Of a DNA stretch of 64,000 nt, positions 56,036 through 64,000 are shown one piece after another (positions within the stretch are counted from its first letter, which is position 1; each line of letters opens with the position of its first letter). Under the pieces are notes generated by a model that did no database searches, was not told where the DNA came from, and worked only from the letters and a program-made list of their open reading frames with translations. The position numbers were made by a program, and so were the translations under genes. Source of the DNA: an uncultured virus (IMG/VR IMGVR_UViG_3300029305_011999) (lineage: Duplodnaviria > Heunggongvirae > Uroviricota > Caudoviricetes); the IMG/VR virus record IMGVR_UViG_3300029305_011999. One strand, written 5' to 3'.

Positions 56036-57540
56036 TGAGCAGCATAATAATTGGCAAACACACATTGGAGTCGCTTACATCCGGTATGTATTCTGATTCC
56101 TATGTGGTGTTTAGGGAATATATTCAGAACAGCGTGGACTCAATCGACGAAGCTATTCGTGCCGGGGTATTGCTCCCTGGTGCAGAGCAGATTTCAGTTC
56201 GATTGGCACCAACAGAAAATCAAATTGTAATTTATGATAATGGTCTTGGCATCCCTACAGCCGATGCCGAGAAAACACTTATCAGTATTGGTAACTCTAA
56301 AAAGTCCTCGGAAAGCTCTCGTGGTTTCCGTGGAATTGGTCGCTTGTCAGCTCTTAGCTATTGCCAACAACTAACATTTACTACTTCATTCAAAGGCGAG
56401 GGTGTTGCTACAAAAATAGTTATTGATGCATCCAAACTGTCGGAAGTGCTGGCAGACGATACGAAAGCTGATGTTACCGTCATAGATGTGCTTGAAAGCG
56501 TGTACACCGTATCCACTTTTTCTGAACGTGAGGATTCACATTATTTCTCTGTTCAGTTGGACGGCGTTGATGTGAACTCTAAACTTCTTTCGTGTGCAGA
56601 TGTTGAGGATTATTTGACTCAGAACGCCCCTGCTCCTTACAGTCCGGAATTTGTTTGGGGCAAGGAAATAACAAAGCGCCTCCAGAAAGAGGGCTTGGAA
56701 ATAAGTGTGTATAACATCTCATTGGAGTATGGTACGAAAGTAAAACCCATCTACAAACCGTATAAAGATGAGTTTATCGTGGACAAGGGCAGAAACATAA
56801 CTGATGTCGTACAGGACATTCAAATAATCAAGATTCCGAACGAGAGTGCAAACCTTACTGCTATCGGATGGCTCGCAAAGACGAACTATATGGGTAGCAT
56901 TTACGAAAAAGCAGTAAAAGGAATACGTCTGCGCAAAGGCAACATTTTGATTGGCGACCATCAGACATTGAACGTTGTCTTCAAGGATGCTCGTTTCAAC
57001 GGTTGGTCTATCGGTGAAATTTTCGCATTCGATAAGCAGCTTATTCCAAATGCCAGAAGGGATAACTTTGAAAAGAACCCCGCATACTTCTCCCTTTTTG
57101 AGCAACTTATGACGATTGCTGCAGGGATTACCAAAGAAATCCGAACTGCTTCCTTAAAGAGAAATACGACCCTTTCAAATGCGCTTGAGCAGCTCAATGC
57201 TACAGCCCAGCAAGCGGCTATCGCATTGGATGAAGGTGTTACCGGCGCACAAAAGGGGCTTATCACAAAGAAGCTCAAAGAAGCACAAACTGCCGTTTCT
57301 AATTCCACGGCAAATAGTGACTCGGAGCAATACTGCCAAGATATTGCCTTTGCAGAGTTGGATATGTTGATTGGAAAATTCAAGGGCACAACGAAGTACA
57401 AAGCTCTTAACACTATCGACAATCTGACAAACACAGAAAAGAAAATCCTTGAAAGAGTAATTCAAATTGTTGATTCGTTGGAAATTGAAAGTGCAGACGC
57501 CGTAATTGAGGCAATCTTAAACGAATTTTCTAACAAATAA
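56035..57540 (+). CDS. GHKL (Hsp90/MORC-like) ATPase, copy 2
   Basis: REYIQNSVD, DNGLGI, GFRGIGRL, RLRKGNILIG, LIPNARRDNFE; TAATG overlap with the radical SAM gene. Confidence 0.88.
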   Translation: MSSIIIGKHTLESLTSGMYSDSYVVFREYIQNSVDSIDEAIRAGVLLPGAEQISVRLAPTENQIVIYDNGLGIPTADAEKTLISIGNSKKSSESSRGFRGIGRLSALSYCQQLTFTTSFKGEGVATKIVIDASKLSEVLADDTKADVTVIDVLESVYTVSTFSEREDSHYFSVQLDGVDVNSKLLSCADVEDYLTQNAPAPYSPEFVWGKEITKRLQKEGLEISVYNISLEYGTKVKPIYKPYKDEFIVDKGRNITDVVQDIQIIKIPNESANLTAIGWLAKTNYMGSIYEKAVKGIRLRKGNILIGDHQTLNVVFKDARFNGWSIGEIFAFDKQLIPNARRDNFEKNPAYFSLFEQLMTIAAGITKEIRTASLKRNTTLSNALEQLNATAQQAAIALDEGVTGAQKGLITKKLKEAQTAVSNSTANSDSEQYCQDIAFAELDMLIGKFKGTTKYKALNTIDNLTNTEKKILERVIQIVDSLEIESADAVIEAILNEFSNK

Positions 57541-57572
57541 AAAGCATAGTTATAAAGTGAGGAGGTGATCCC

Positions 57573-59393
57573 ATGGGATTTTTCGATGATATTTTCGGTC
57601 AGCCCTTCGGCGGAATGTTTGATTTCAACGGAGATGGTAAAACCGATTTTGGCGAAGAATGGGTCGGTTATATGATTATAAACGACTGTATGAAGGAAGA
57701 AGAAAAACGCAATTCTTCTTCGTCTGGCAGTTATTATGGCGGAAGCACAGCACTCTTCGATTCCGAGGATGACGATTCATTTGATGATGACTTCATAGAT
57801 CCCGTGGATTCACCTATCGTACATAGTGATGATAGTTGGAAGATATACTGTGAAGACGGTTCGGATTACGGTCTTGACCCCGACGACTTTGACACCGAGG
57901 AAGATTACCTCGAAGCACTTGCCGAGGCCAAATTAATTCATGGTGATGTTCCGTACTATGGTGGAGATGAAGTAGCCGGCGAAGTTTCGGCTACGCTTCC
58001 ATTGAAGCTCACGTTTGAGATTACATACCCCGGCAAGGAGCAGTTAGAAGCCATCAATGAATCGGATTACCCCAACAAGCGTACCTACAGAGCCGCCTAC
58101 GGTCTTTGTGAGTTGGAACACGGAAATCCGTATATCCCTTCCGACTCTACCAAAGAGAAAGAGGCTGAAAGGTTCAGCTTTATACTGTCCGGCAACTGTA
58201 TTGCTGCCAAGTATTTAACCCCATATGATGGTTTTCTATATGCACAGGCAATTAAGGAAAACTTCACCCTGCCAATTTCTTTTGATGATGAGGATGAAGA
58301 GTCGACCGTTTGGTTCCCGGATGTCTTTATGGAATTAGCCGAAGAGGACCCCGCGTTGGCTGTTGAAGTATGGGCTTGGGTCGTTAAGGAGTTTGGTCCC
58401 TATCAGCAGTACATGAAAACAAAGCCGACCATTTACTCTTATATCAGCTCATCAACAGATGAATATCCTCCTGAATTTTTAAATATTGCTATTGATAGGC
58501 TTGGTAGCGATGTTGCTTTCAGCGAGGCGTTGTTGAGTCGAAGCCCCGAGTTAATGTATGGTATAGCATCATTTATCATAAGGGCACTTGAAACTAACAA
58601 AACAAAAGAAGCACAGATTATTTTTACGTCATTTATGCTCAACCCCAAAGTAAAGGGCAAGGATGCTGAAAACTTCATCAATTCTATCATTTCTCAATGC
58701 TCCAATTGGGATGAACTCGAAACGATGGAGGCATTCAAGTTCTATATTCTTCCCATCGTGAAAAAGGTTACTGACAAGCGAATTCAGCGCCTTCTTCCGA
58801 AAATTATTGAAGAGGTTGACCATTATATAACTTCGGTTGAATCTTCCGAAGAAAAATATCAATACACTCGTTCCTTCGCTTGGAGAAACAATTATATCAA
58901 CGATGAAAGCGGTCTCGATCCATTAGACTATAAAACCGAAGAGGAATACAAAAAAGCAGTAGAAGAAGCAAAATACCGCTGGCGTCGTTGGCACAGCGAA
59001 GCAAAAAGATATAACCTTGATGTAAACGACTATGAAACAGAGGAAGAATACAACAAGGTTCTCCAACTGAAACGTGCTGAAGAACAAGAAGCTCGCCGTA
59101 AAGAGCAGGAAGAGCGTCGCAGAGAGCGAATGACCCCAGCACCAGACCCATTGGCGGCAACCGACAAAACCATTTATAGTTTCTGCTCCGTTATTTTCCA
59201 ATCTACCACACAACCATACAGCTACTTAACCGGAGATATCGATGTAAAAATCGGCGATAAGGTTCTTGTCCCCGTTGGCAACGAAGGAAAAGAAGTTGTT
59301 GCAACGGTTGTATCCATATCACAGCATATGCGATTAACAGCTCCTTATTCTGTGGATAAAGCAAGGACAATCATAAAGAAAATCGAAGATTAA
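57573..59393 (+). CDS. Acidic hypothetical protein with internal repeats and a shared C-terminal domain
   Basis: GGAGGTG RBS; three LDxxD(Y/F)xTEExY repeats. Confidence 0.75.
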   Translation: MGFFDDIFGQPFGGMFDFNGDGKTDFGEEWVGYMIINDCMKEEEKRNSSSSGSYYGGSTALFDSEDDDSFDDDFIDPVDSPIVHSDDSWKIYCEDGSDYGLDPDDFDTEEDYLEALAEAKLIHGDVPYYGGDEVAGEVSATLPLKLTFEITYPGKEQLEAINESDYPNKRTYRAAYGLCELEHGNPYIPSDSTKEKEAERFSFILSGNCIAAKYLTPYDGFLYAQAIKENFTLPISFDDEDEESTVWFPDVFMELAEEDPALAVEVWAWVVKEFGPYQQYMKTKPTIYSYISSSTDEYPPEFLNIAIDRLGSDVAFSEALLSRSPELMYGIASFIIRALETNKTKEAQIIFTSFMLNPKVKGKDAENFINSIISQCSNWDELETMEAFKFYILPIVKKVTDKRIQRLLPKIIEEVDHYITSVESSEEKYQYTRSFAWRNNYINDESGLDPLDYKTEEEYKKAVEEAKYRWRRWHSEAKRYNLDVNDYETEEEYNKVLQLKRAEEQEARRKEQEERRRERMTPAPDPLAATDKTIYSFCSVIFQSTTQPYSYLTGDIDVKIGDKVLVPVGNEGKEVVATVVSISQHMRLTAPYSVDKARTIIKKIED

Positions 59394-59407
59394 AGGATGG
59401 TGATAAC

Positions 59408-59956
59408 ATGAAAAGAACAACAAAAATCGTTTTGCTTTGCATTTTTATTCCTTGTGAAGCGTTCTTCTGCCTTGCAACACTTGTTGCTCTCTTCATGTTC
59501 CCTCCGGTTGGTTTTGTGGGGTTGGCAGCAAGCACACTGTATATGCTTGTTATAATTTCCATATTCCAATCCCTCAAAGGCAAGAAGCCTATCCTGAATT
59601 TATTTAGAGAAGGCACAAAGACTTGCAAGAAATGCGGTACCACATACGAAAAGGCGAAGTACTACGGATGCCCAAAATGTGCCGAAGAAAAACGAAAAAA
59701 TCAGCCTCCTATGCCTACGTTTCAAGAAATGCAGGCGGCCAGACGAGCAAGAAAAGCTCGTAAAAATGCGTTTTGGGAAGCTGTCGGCACGATTGCCATA
59801 TTTGATGAATTAACCCGTCCAAAAGAGAAAAAACAGGATATGTGGGCAAGAATGGACAACGATGGTTATATCGACCACGACCCTGGTAATCACGACGTGG
59901 ATGAATCGGGCTACTGCATTGATTGTGATAACAATGTCGAGGATATGATGCAATGA
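59408..59956 (+). CDS. Membrane protein with CxxC zinc-ribbon
   Basis: Two N-terminal TM segments; CKKC..CPKC. Confidence 0.7.
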   Translation: MKRTTKIVLLCIFIPCEAFFCLATLVALFMFPPVGFVGLAASTLYMLVIISIFQSLKGKKPILNLFREGTKTCKKCGTTYEKAKYYGCPKCAEEKRKNQPPMPTFQEMQAARRARKARKNAFWEAVGTIAIFDELTRPKEKKQDMWARMDNDGYIDHDPGNHDVDESGYCIDCDNNVEDMMQ

Positions 59957-60204
59957 GTAATAGTGCGGCCGGATATAAATTCAAAGAGATTAGATGCCCT
60001 TCGTGCAGACACATCTTTACCTGGTTAAAAGAACCACCTGGCAGTAGTTACTGTGTGTACAGAAGAAAAGGTGTAGATGAAGAGCTTTTTAGTACCGTTT
60101 GCCCCCAATGCGGCATTGAGATGGTTGTGCCGGAAGATTCGCACGATGGCATATCTATTGAGGATAACAGTATTGAGTTGCGTGGTACACTACGTGGAAT
60201 ATAA
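59953..60204 (+). CDS. Small zinc-ribbon protein
   Basis: CPSC...CPQC; ATGA overlap. Confidence 0.65.
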   Translation: MSNSAAGYKFKEIRCPSCRHIFTWLKEPPGSSYCVYRRKGVDEELFSTVCPQCGIEMVVPEDSHDGISIEDNSIELRGTLRGI

Positions 60205-60238
60205 CTGCTAACGACCCACAGAGTGAGGTGAAACGAGA

Positions 60239-60757
60239 ATGGAATTAACGACAGAACGTCTTGTAATCCGCGAGACGACCTATGAAGAAACAAAGCATAT
60301 TAGTGCCGAAAACGGCGAAGACTCTGTGGACAAATTTCTCGCCTCGCTCACCGATGATGACGTGGCGATTATCTTCCAGGACAAAGAAGCTGTATCCAAT
60401 CTCCTTACTCGTTTCAGTAACAGCATAGGAGACGGCAGTAGCGAAATCTATGGTGCGTGGGATAATGAAGATCTCATAGGATTCATTGCCGTTGTTAATG
60501 GTGAATCCGGCACTCCCGAACTGCAAATAGAAATTGCTCCGAAGCATCAAAACAAGGGCTATGGTTTTGAGTTCTTAAACGCCTTGATACCATATCTCTT
60601 TTGCCACAGAAATTTTAAATACATTCAGTACACCGTTTTACCAAACAACGCTGCAAGTATCTCGTTAATCACAAAAATCGGTGCAACATTGCAAGAACCA
60701 AAGAGCGAAGCCGAAAGGCGACTTATTCGCACATACCATATAAACAAACCCCTGTGA
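60239..60757 (+). CDS. GNAT (RimJ/RimL-like) acetyltransferase
   Basis: LTTERLVIR, HQNKGYGFE, NNAASISLITKIG. Confidence 0.85.
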   Translation: MELTTERLVIRETTYEETKHISAENGEDSVDKFLASLTDDDVAIIFQDKEAVSNLLTRFSNSIGDGSSEIYGAWDNEDLIGFIAVVNGESGTPELQIEIAPKHQNKGYGFEFLNALIPYLFCHRNFKYIQYTVLPNNAASISLITKIGATLQEPKSEAERRLIRTYHINKPL

Positions 60758-60789
60758 AATGTTAACATTGAGAAAGCGAGGTGTATTAG

Positions 60790-61665
60790 GTGATTATAGA
60801 ATTCCCAGAGAATTTTGTTGGCGAGATTGAGAAGATTACAATTATTTCAAGCCCGTGTATGGATTTATGCCCCGTCGGCGGCGGATATGAGTACGAACAG
60901 AAGCTCACAATAAACTCTTCCGGCAAGGTCACCTTTACATCAAAAGAGTGGTCTAATCCTTTTCCTGTTAGGATTAGTGAGGGCCGTTGGCGCAAAGCAT
61001 CTCTCCCCAAGGAACAAGCTAAAGAATTACTTGAAACAATCATTAAGCCCTTTAAGGACTATAAATTTCAAGGCTATGCAATGGACGTCGGCTCTTGGGA
61101 GCTTACCGCTTACAACACGGATGGCGATACTTTTAGATACATTGGCTCATTGCTCCCTGACGAATTTGAGGAAGCCGAAGAAATCTCCTATTTTGTTAGA
61201 AACGAATTAATGATGCCGGACCTGTATGTGTTTGATGGACAGCGTGGCTATGACCGCACTCAATATATTTATTTGAGCGTGAGGTTTGGAGATTGCGGTA
61301 AAACATACTATTACCGAACTGAAGATGTTTCTATCCAGGTTGGCGACCAGGTTGTCGTCCCCGTTGGTAATGACGGAACGGAACGAATTGTTGATGTCGT
61401 AAAGGTACAGCAATTTTCGGAAGACACCGTTCCAATGCCGCTTGAAAAAGTGAAAACCATAATTGAAAAGTTTGTACATCCCATCGCAGACGAAAGTGGT
61501 CGTAAGATGATTTACTGCCCAATTTGCGAAAAGGAAATTGATACAGAGGATTGCTACGATATCCTCTATGACCCCCTTGTAAGAAATGTTCCTGGATTAA
61601 TATCCGAAGAAGAAATAAATGCCAAAAGTGATGTTTGCAACCGCTGCCGATATCACGATGAATAA
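60790..61665 (+). CDS. Hypothetical protein with the shared ~70-aa domain and C-terminal Cys cluster
   Basis: GAGGTG RBS; KTYYYRT..IQVGDQVVVPVG; CPIC..C..CNRC. Confidence 0.75.
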   Translation: MIIEFPENFVGEIEKITIISSPCMDLCPVGGGYEYEQKLTINSSGKVTFTSKEWSNPFPVRISEGRWRKASLPKEQAKELLETIIKPFKDYKFQGYAMDVGSWELTAYNTDGDTFRYIGSLLPDEFEEAEEISYFVRNELMMPDLYVFDGQRGYDRTQYIYLSVRFGDCGKTYYYRTEDVSIQVGDQVVVPVGNDGTERIVDVVKVQQFSEDTVPMPLEKVKTIIEKFVHPIADESGRKMIYCPICEKEIDTEDCYDILYDPLVRNVPGLISEEEINAKSDVCNRCRYHDE

Positions 61666-61684
61666 ATAAATGAGGAGAATTGCT

Positions 61685-61843
61685 ATGTCTGATAATTTCA
61701 CAATCAAAAAAACCGAAAAGGAAACCAAAAACGGAAAAACCATTACTATTGATATCAAACGCACTGATAGCGAAAGCACCACTATTAGCGGGGATATTGA
61801 AAGCGTGGTCGAGCAACTGAAGCAGATGAAAAACGAGGAATAG
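61685..61843 (+). CDS. 52-aa hypothetical protein
   Basis: GAGGAG RBS; MSDNFTIKK...MKNEE*. Confidence 0.5.
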   Translation: MSDNFTIKKTEKETKNGKTITIDIKRTDSESTTISGDIESVVEQLKQMKNEE

Positions 61844-61875
61844 TTCACTTCTGCGAAGAAAAGGAGCTAAAACAA

Positions 61876-62163
61876 ATGGATAATTACGAAGCAATAATGA
61901 AAATGGATCGAGAGCATTTGGCCGCTTTCCTTGATGATGTGTATGTCACAGGACTAAATAATGGATTATATGCAGCTATGCAGGATGAAGAAAAACAGGA
62001 TAAGGTTCTCGATGAATTCCCCTATGGAGAAGAGTGGTTAGCTGCAGAGGCCGAAAATGCCACCCTCTACAAACGTGCCGATGACGGAGATGTTTATCTT
62101 CTTGATGCAAGTGTTGCTGCGACAATACGATTGGCAGGGATAGAAAATGAAGAAGAAAACTAA
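61876..62163 (+). CDS. Acidic hypothetical protein
   Basis: AAGGAG RBS. Confidence 0.65.
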   Translation: MDNYEAIMKMDREHLAAFLDDVYVTGLNNGLYAAMQDEEKQDKVLDEFPYGEEWLAAEAENATLYKRADDGDVYLLDASVAATIRLAGIENEEEN

Positions 62164-62710
62164 ACTTTTTGTTGCACTCCTTTGCTGCATCCTACTCCCG
62201 CTTGTCGTTGCAGGTTGCACATCAGCAAGCAACAAAGATACATCTACGGATTCTTCAAATGAGAGTATTTCCAATGTTGGAGGGGCTGACGGTCCCACCA
62301 ACATAACAATAGAGGAAAAAATGCTTATTTCTTCTGATGAGTATTATGCCTTCTTATCAAATGCTGCCGATGTAGGAATCGAGAACACAATTTTTAACAA
62401 GTATTCCGTTGACGTTGGAGAATATCCTTACTACGAAATGGTTTTTGTTGTTTCGGAAGATGTGGAAGATAATGAATTTTATTCCTCTGCTGAAGCAATC
62501 GCAAAAAACATTTACAACGAGCTGATTTCAAAAGAGTACGAAGCACCGGCATTCTATATATACTCATTTGATATCGTCTCAATCGAGTTTTATACAGAGG
62601 CATATCGCAATACAGGTGCAAACTGCACATACCAATTTGATGTAGATGAAATGGACCCCGCTAAGACCTTTGAGGAGAACGCTTTTGCGATATTAAAACC
62701 TCAAGGATAA
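62147..62710 (+). CDS. Putative lipoprotein
   Basis: MKKKTK + hydrophobic core + VAGC lipobox. Confidence 0.75.
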   Translation: MKKKTKLFVALLCCILLPLVVAGCTSASNKDTSTDSSNESISNVGGADGPTNITIEEKMLISSDEYYAFLSNAADVGIENTIFNKYSVDVGEYPYYEMVFVVSEDVEDNEFYSSAEAIAKNIYNELISKEYEAPAFYIYSFDIVSIEFYTEAYRNTGANCTYQFDVDEMDPAKTFEENAFAILKPQG

Positions 62711-62745
62711 TTGTTCGTGCTAAAACGAAAAAAGGATAGATTTAT

Positions 62746-63180
62746 ATGAGAAGATACTATGGCGAGGAATATGGCCAAACAAAACGCCTCAAACCCGGCA
62801 ATCCCCAATTAGAGACGCTTGACGATCTCTTTAACATTTTGTTAGAATGCTGGGCACAAGAAACTGCGTATCCTTCCTGCCAGGCAGAATGGGTGCCAAA
62901 TGACCCCACATACGGGCAATGTGCGATTACGGCAATGCTCGTGTACGATATGTTCGGTGGATCTATTCATCGCATTCGTGTAGATGGCGGTGGAACGCAC
63001 TACTTTAACAAGCTCAACGGGCATTATATCGACCTTACCATTAATCAGTTTGACCTATATAATATTCCTGTCGAGTATGAGCCAAACGAAGAAATGGACA
63101 GAAAATATTGTGGTAAAAACAAAGATACGCAAAACAGATTTGAACTCCTTATAAGAAAAATCGCAGAAAAGATAAAATAG
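62746..63180 (+). CDS. YunG-like protein (Cys/His motif)
   Basis: W..ETAYP, PTYGQCAITA, THYFN, IDLT..QF. Confidence 0.7.
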   Translation: MRRYYGEEYGQTKRLKPGNPQLETLDDLFNILLECWAQETAYPSCQAEWVPNDPTYGQCAITAMLVYDMFGGSIHRIRVDGGGTHYFNKLNGHYIDLTINQFDLYNIPVEYEPNEEMDRKYCGKNKDTQNRFELLIRKIAEKIK

Positions 63181-63210
63181 AACATCGACAATTAAGGGAG
63201 AATAATAAAT

Positions 63211-63441
63211 ATGCCTGACGGTGGAGATTACCATGCATTTAATAGCACCAGCGGCGGCTCGGGTGGCAGCGGTGGTGGCAGTGGTGGCGGTGGCTTTGGC
63301 TGTGCCACATGGGTAGTAATAGGGATTGTCGTTTTTTTCTTAATATCATTCATTGCTGACGGCGCAAGCTGGGATGCAATTGATACATTATTGGGTTTTG
63401 GACTCATCATTTTTCTTTTTGTAAGATGGCTTGGTGGGTAA
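63211..63441 (+). CDS. Small Gly-rich membrane protein
   Basis: AAGGGAG RBS; Gly linker and two TM segments. Confidence 0.6.
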   Translation: MPDGGDYHAFNSTSGGSGGSGGGSGGGGFGCATWVVIGIVVFFLISFIADGASWDAIDTLLGFGLIIFLFVRWLGG

Positions 63442-63468
63442 AATTATCATCTATGGGAGGCGTTTTGC

Positions 63469-64000
63469 ATGGGATGGTTTGGACGTTCTAAAAGGAAGAA
63501 CGATGATCGATATATATGCAGCGATGAGGATTTTGTTTATGGCAAGGAAGCAGACAAATATCCTGATACACTGAAATTGATGTATGCACAAGAGCGTGGA
63601 CGTGTTCTTTTTGAAAGCATAGATCTTATATCAAAAACCGTGTATCCAAAAACATTTTTTTCAAGATATAAAACCGCAATCCGAGAAGCGAAAACAATAA
63701 TTAGATTAAGCAAAGGTTATGACTCGGAAAAGGAAATGAAAAAAATACTTGACGAGCTATATGACAGTAAATCTGAAATATTTAATGATTTCTTTAATAG
63801 ATGCGATGATGCTGGTAAATTGCCTTTTGTAAAAGATGAAATCATCGCACATAGAGCAGAAATACCTGAAGATAGCTATGAATTTTTCGAAGGATTATTA
63901 GATTGTCTCACCGATGAATATGACGAAGAAGAATATATTTTCTGTAGTGTTATTTTCGCTGAAGGTGGTCGCACCTATTATTATCTAACAAATGAAGATG
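63469..64000 (+). CDS. Hypothetical protein, truncated by the window edge, entering the shared ~70-aa domain
   Basis: GGGAGG RBS, ATG at 63469, frame open to the end: ...YIFCSVIFAEGGRTYYYLTNED. Confidence 0.7.
   Translation, partial: MGWFGRSKRKNDDRYICSDEDFVYGKEADKYPDTLKLMYAQERGRVLFESIDLISKTVYPKTFFSRYKTAIREAKTIIRLSKGYDSEKEMKKILDELYDSKSEIFNDFFNRCDDAGKLPFVKDEIIAHRAEIPEDSYEFFEGLLDCLTDEYDEEEYIFCSVIFAEGGRTYYYLTNED

Noticed and set aside
63250..63300. GGC/GGT-rich tandem repeat as a phase-variable tract
   Set aside because: In-frame, degenerate Gly codons of a linker, not a perfect SSR

Overview
Firmicutes (Clostridia-like) mobile DNA with no recognisable host housekeeping genes. About 1-39.5 kb, all on the minus strand, is an apparently intact HK97-fold siphovirus-type prophage. 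Reading in transcription order (right to left) it has a sigma-like regulator, replication/recombination genes, HNH and small terminase, a SAM synthetase and two DNA methyltransferases, large terminase, head, tail, lysis, and two large serine recombinases at the left end. About 39.5-41.7 kb is a divergent regulatory hub (LexA-like, Xre, WYL) with palindromic operator-like sites. From 41.8 to 57.5 kb on the plus strand is a tightly coupled 8-gene, 15.7 kb operon: GHKL ATPase, SF1 helicase, a Tudor/beta-helix/alphaCTD-like unknown, DrmA-like SF2 helicase, DrmB/DUF1998-like protein, NERD nuclease-SF1 helicase, B12-type radical SAM enzyme, and a second paralogous GHKL ATPase. This operon is the best candidate for an undescribed anti-phage system. 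It has a DISARM-like helicase core but no methyltransferase or PLD nuclease. From 57.6 to 64 kb are small accessory genes, three of which share a ~70-aa domain. Smaller signals include an out-of-frame gene nested in the C5 methyltransferase, a -1 frameshift signal with hairpin, duplicated phage promoters and phased repeats at the element end. All calls come from reading motifs by eye; no database searches were run.
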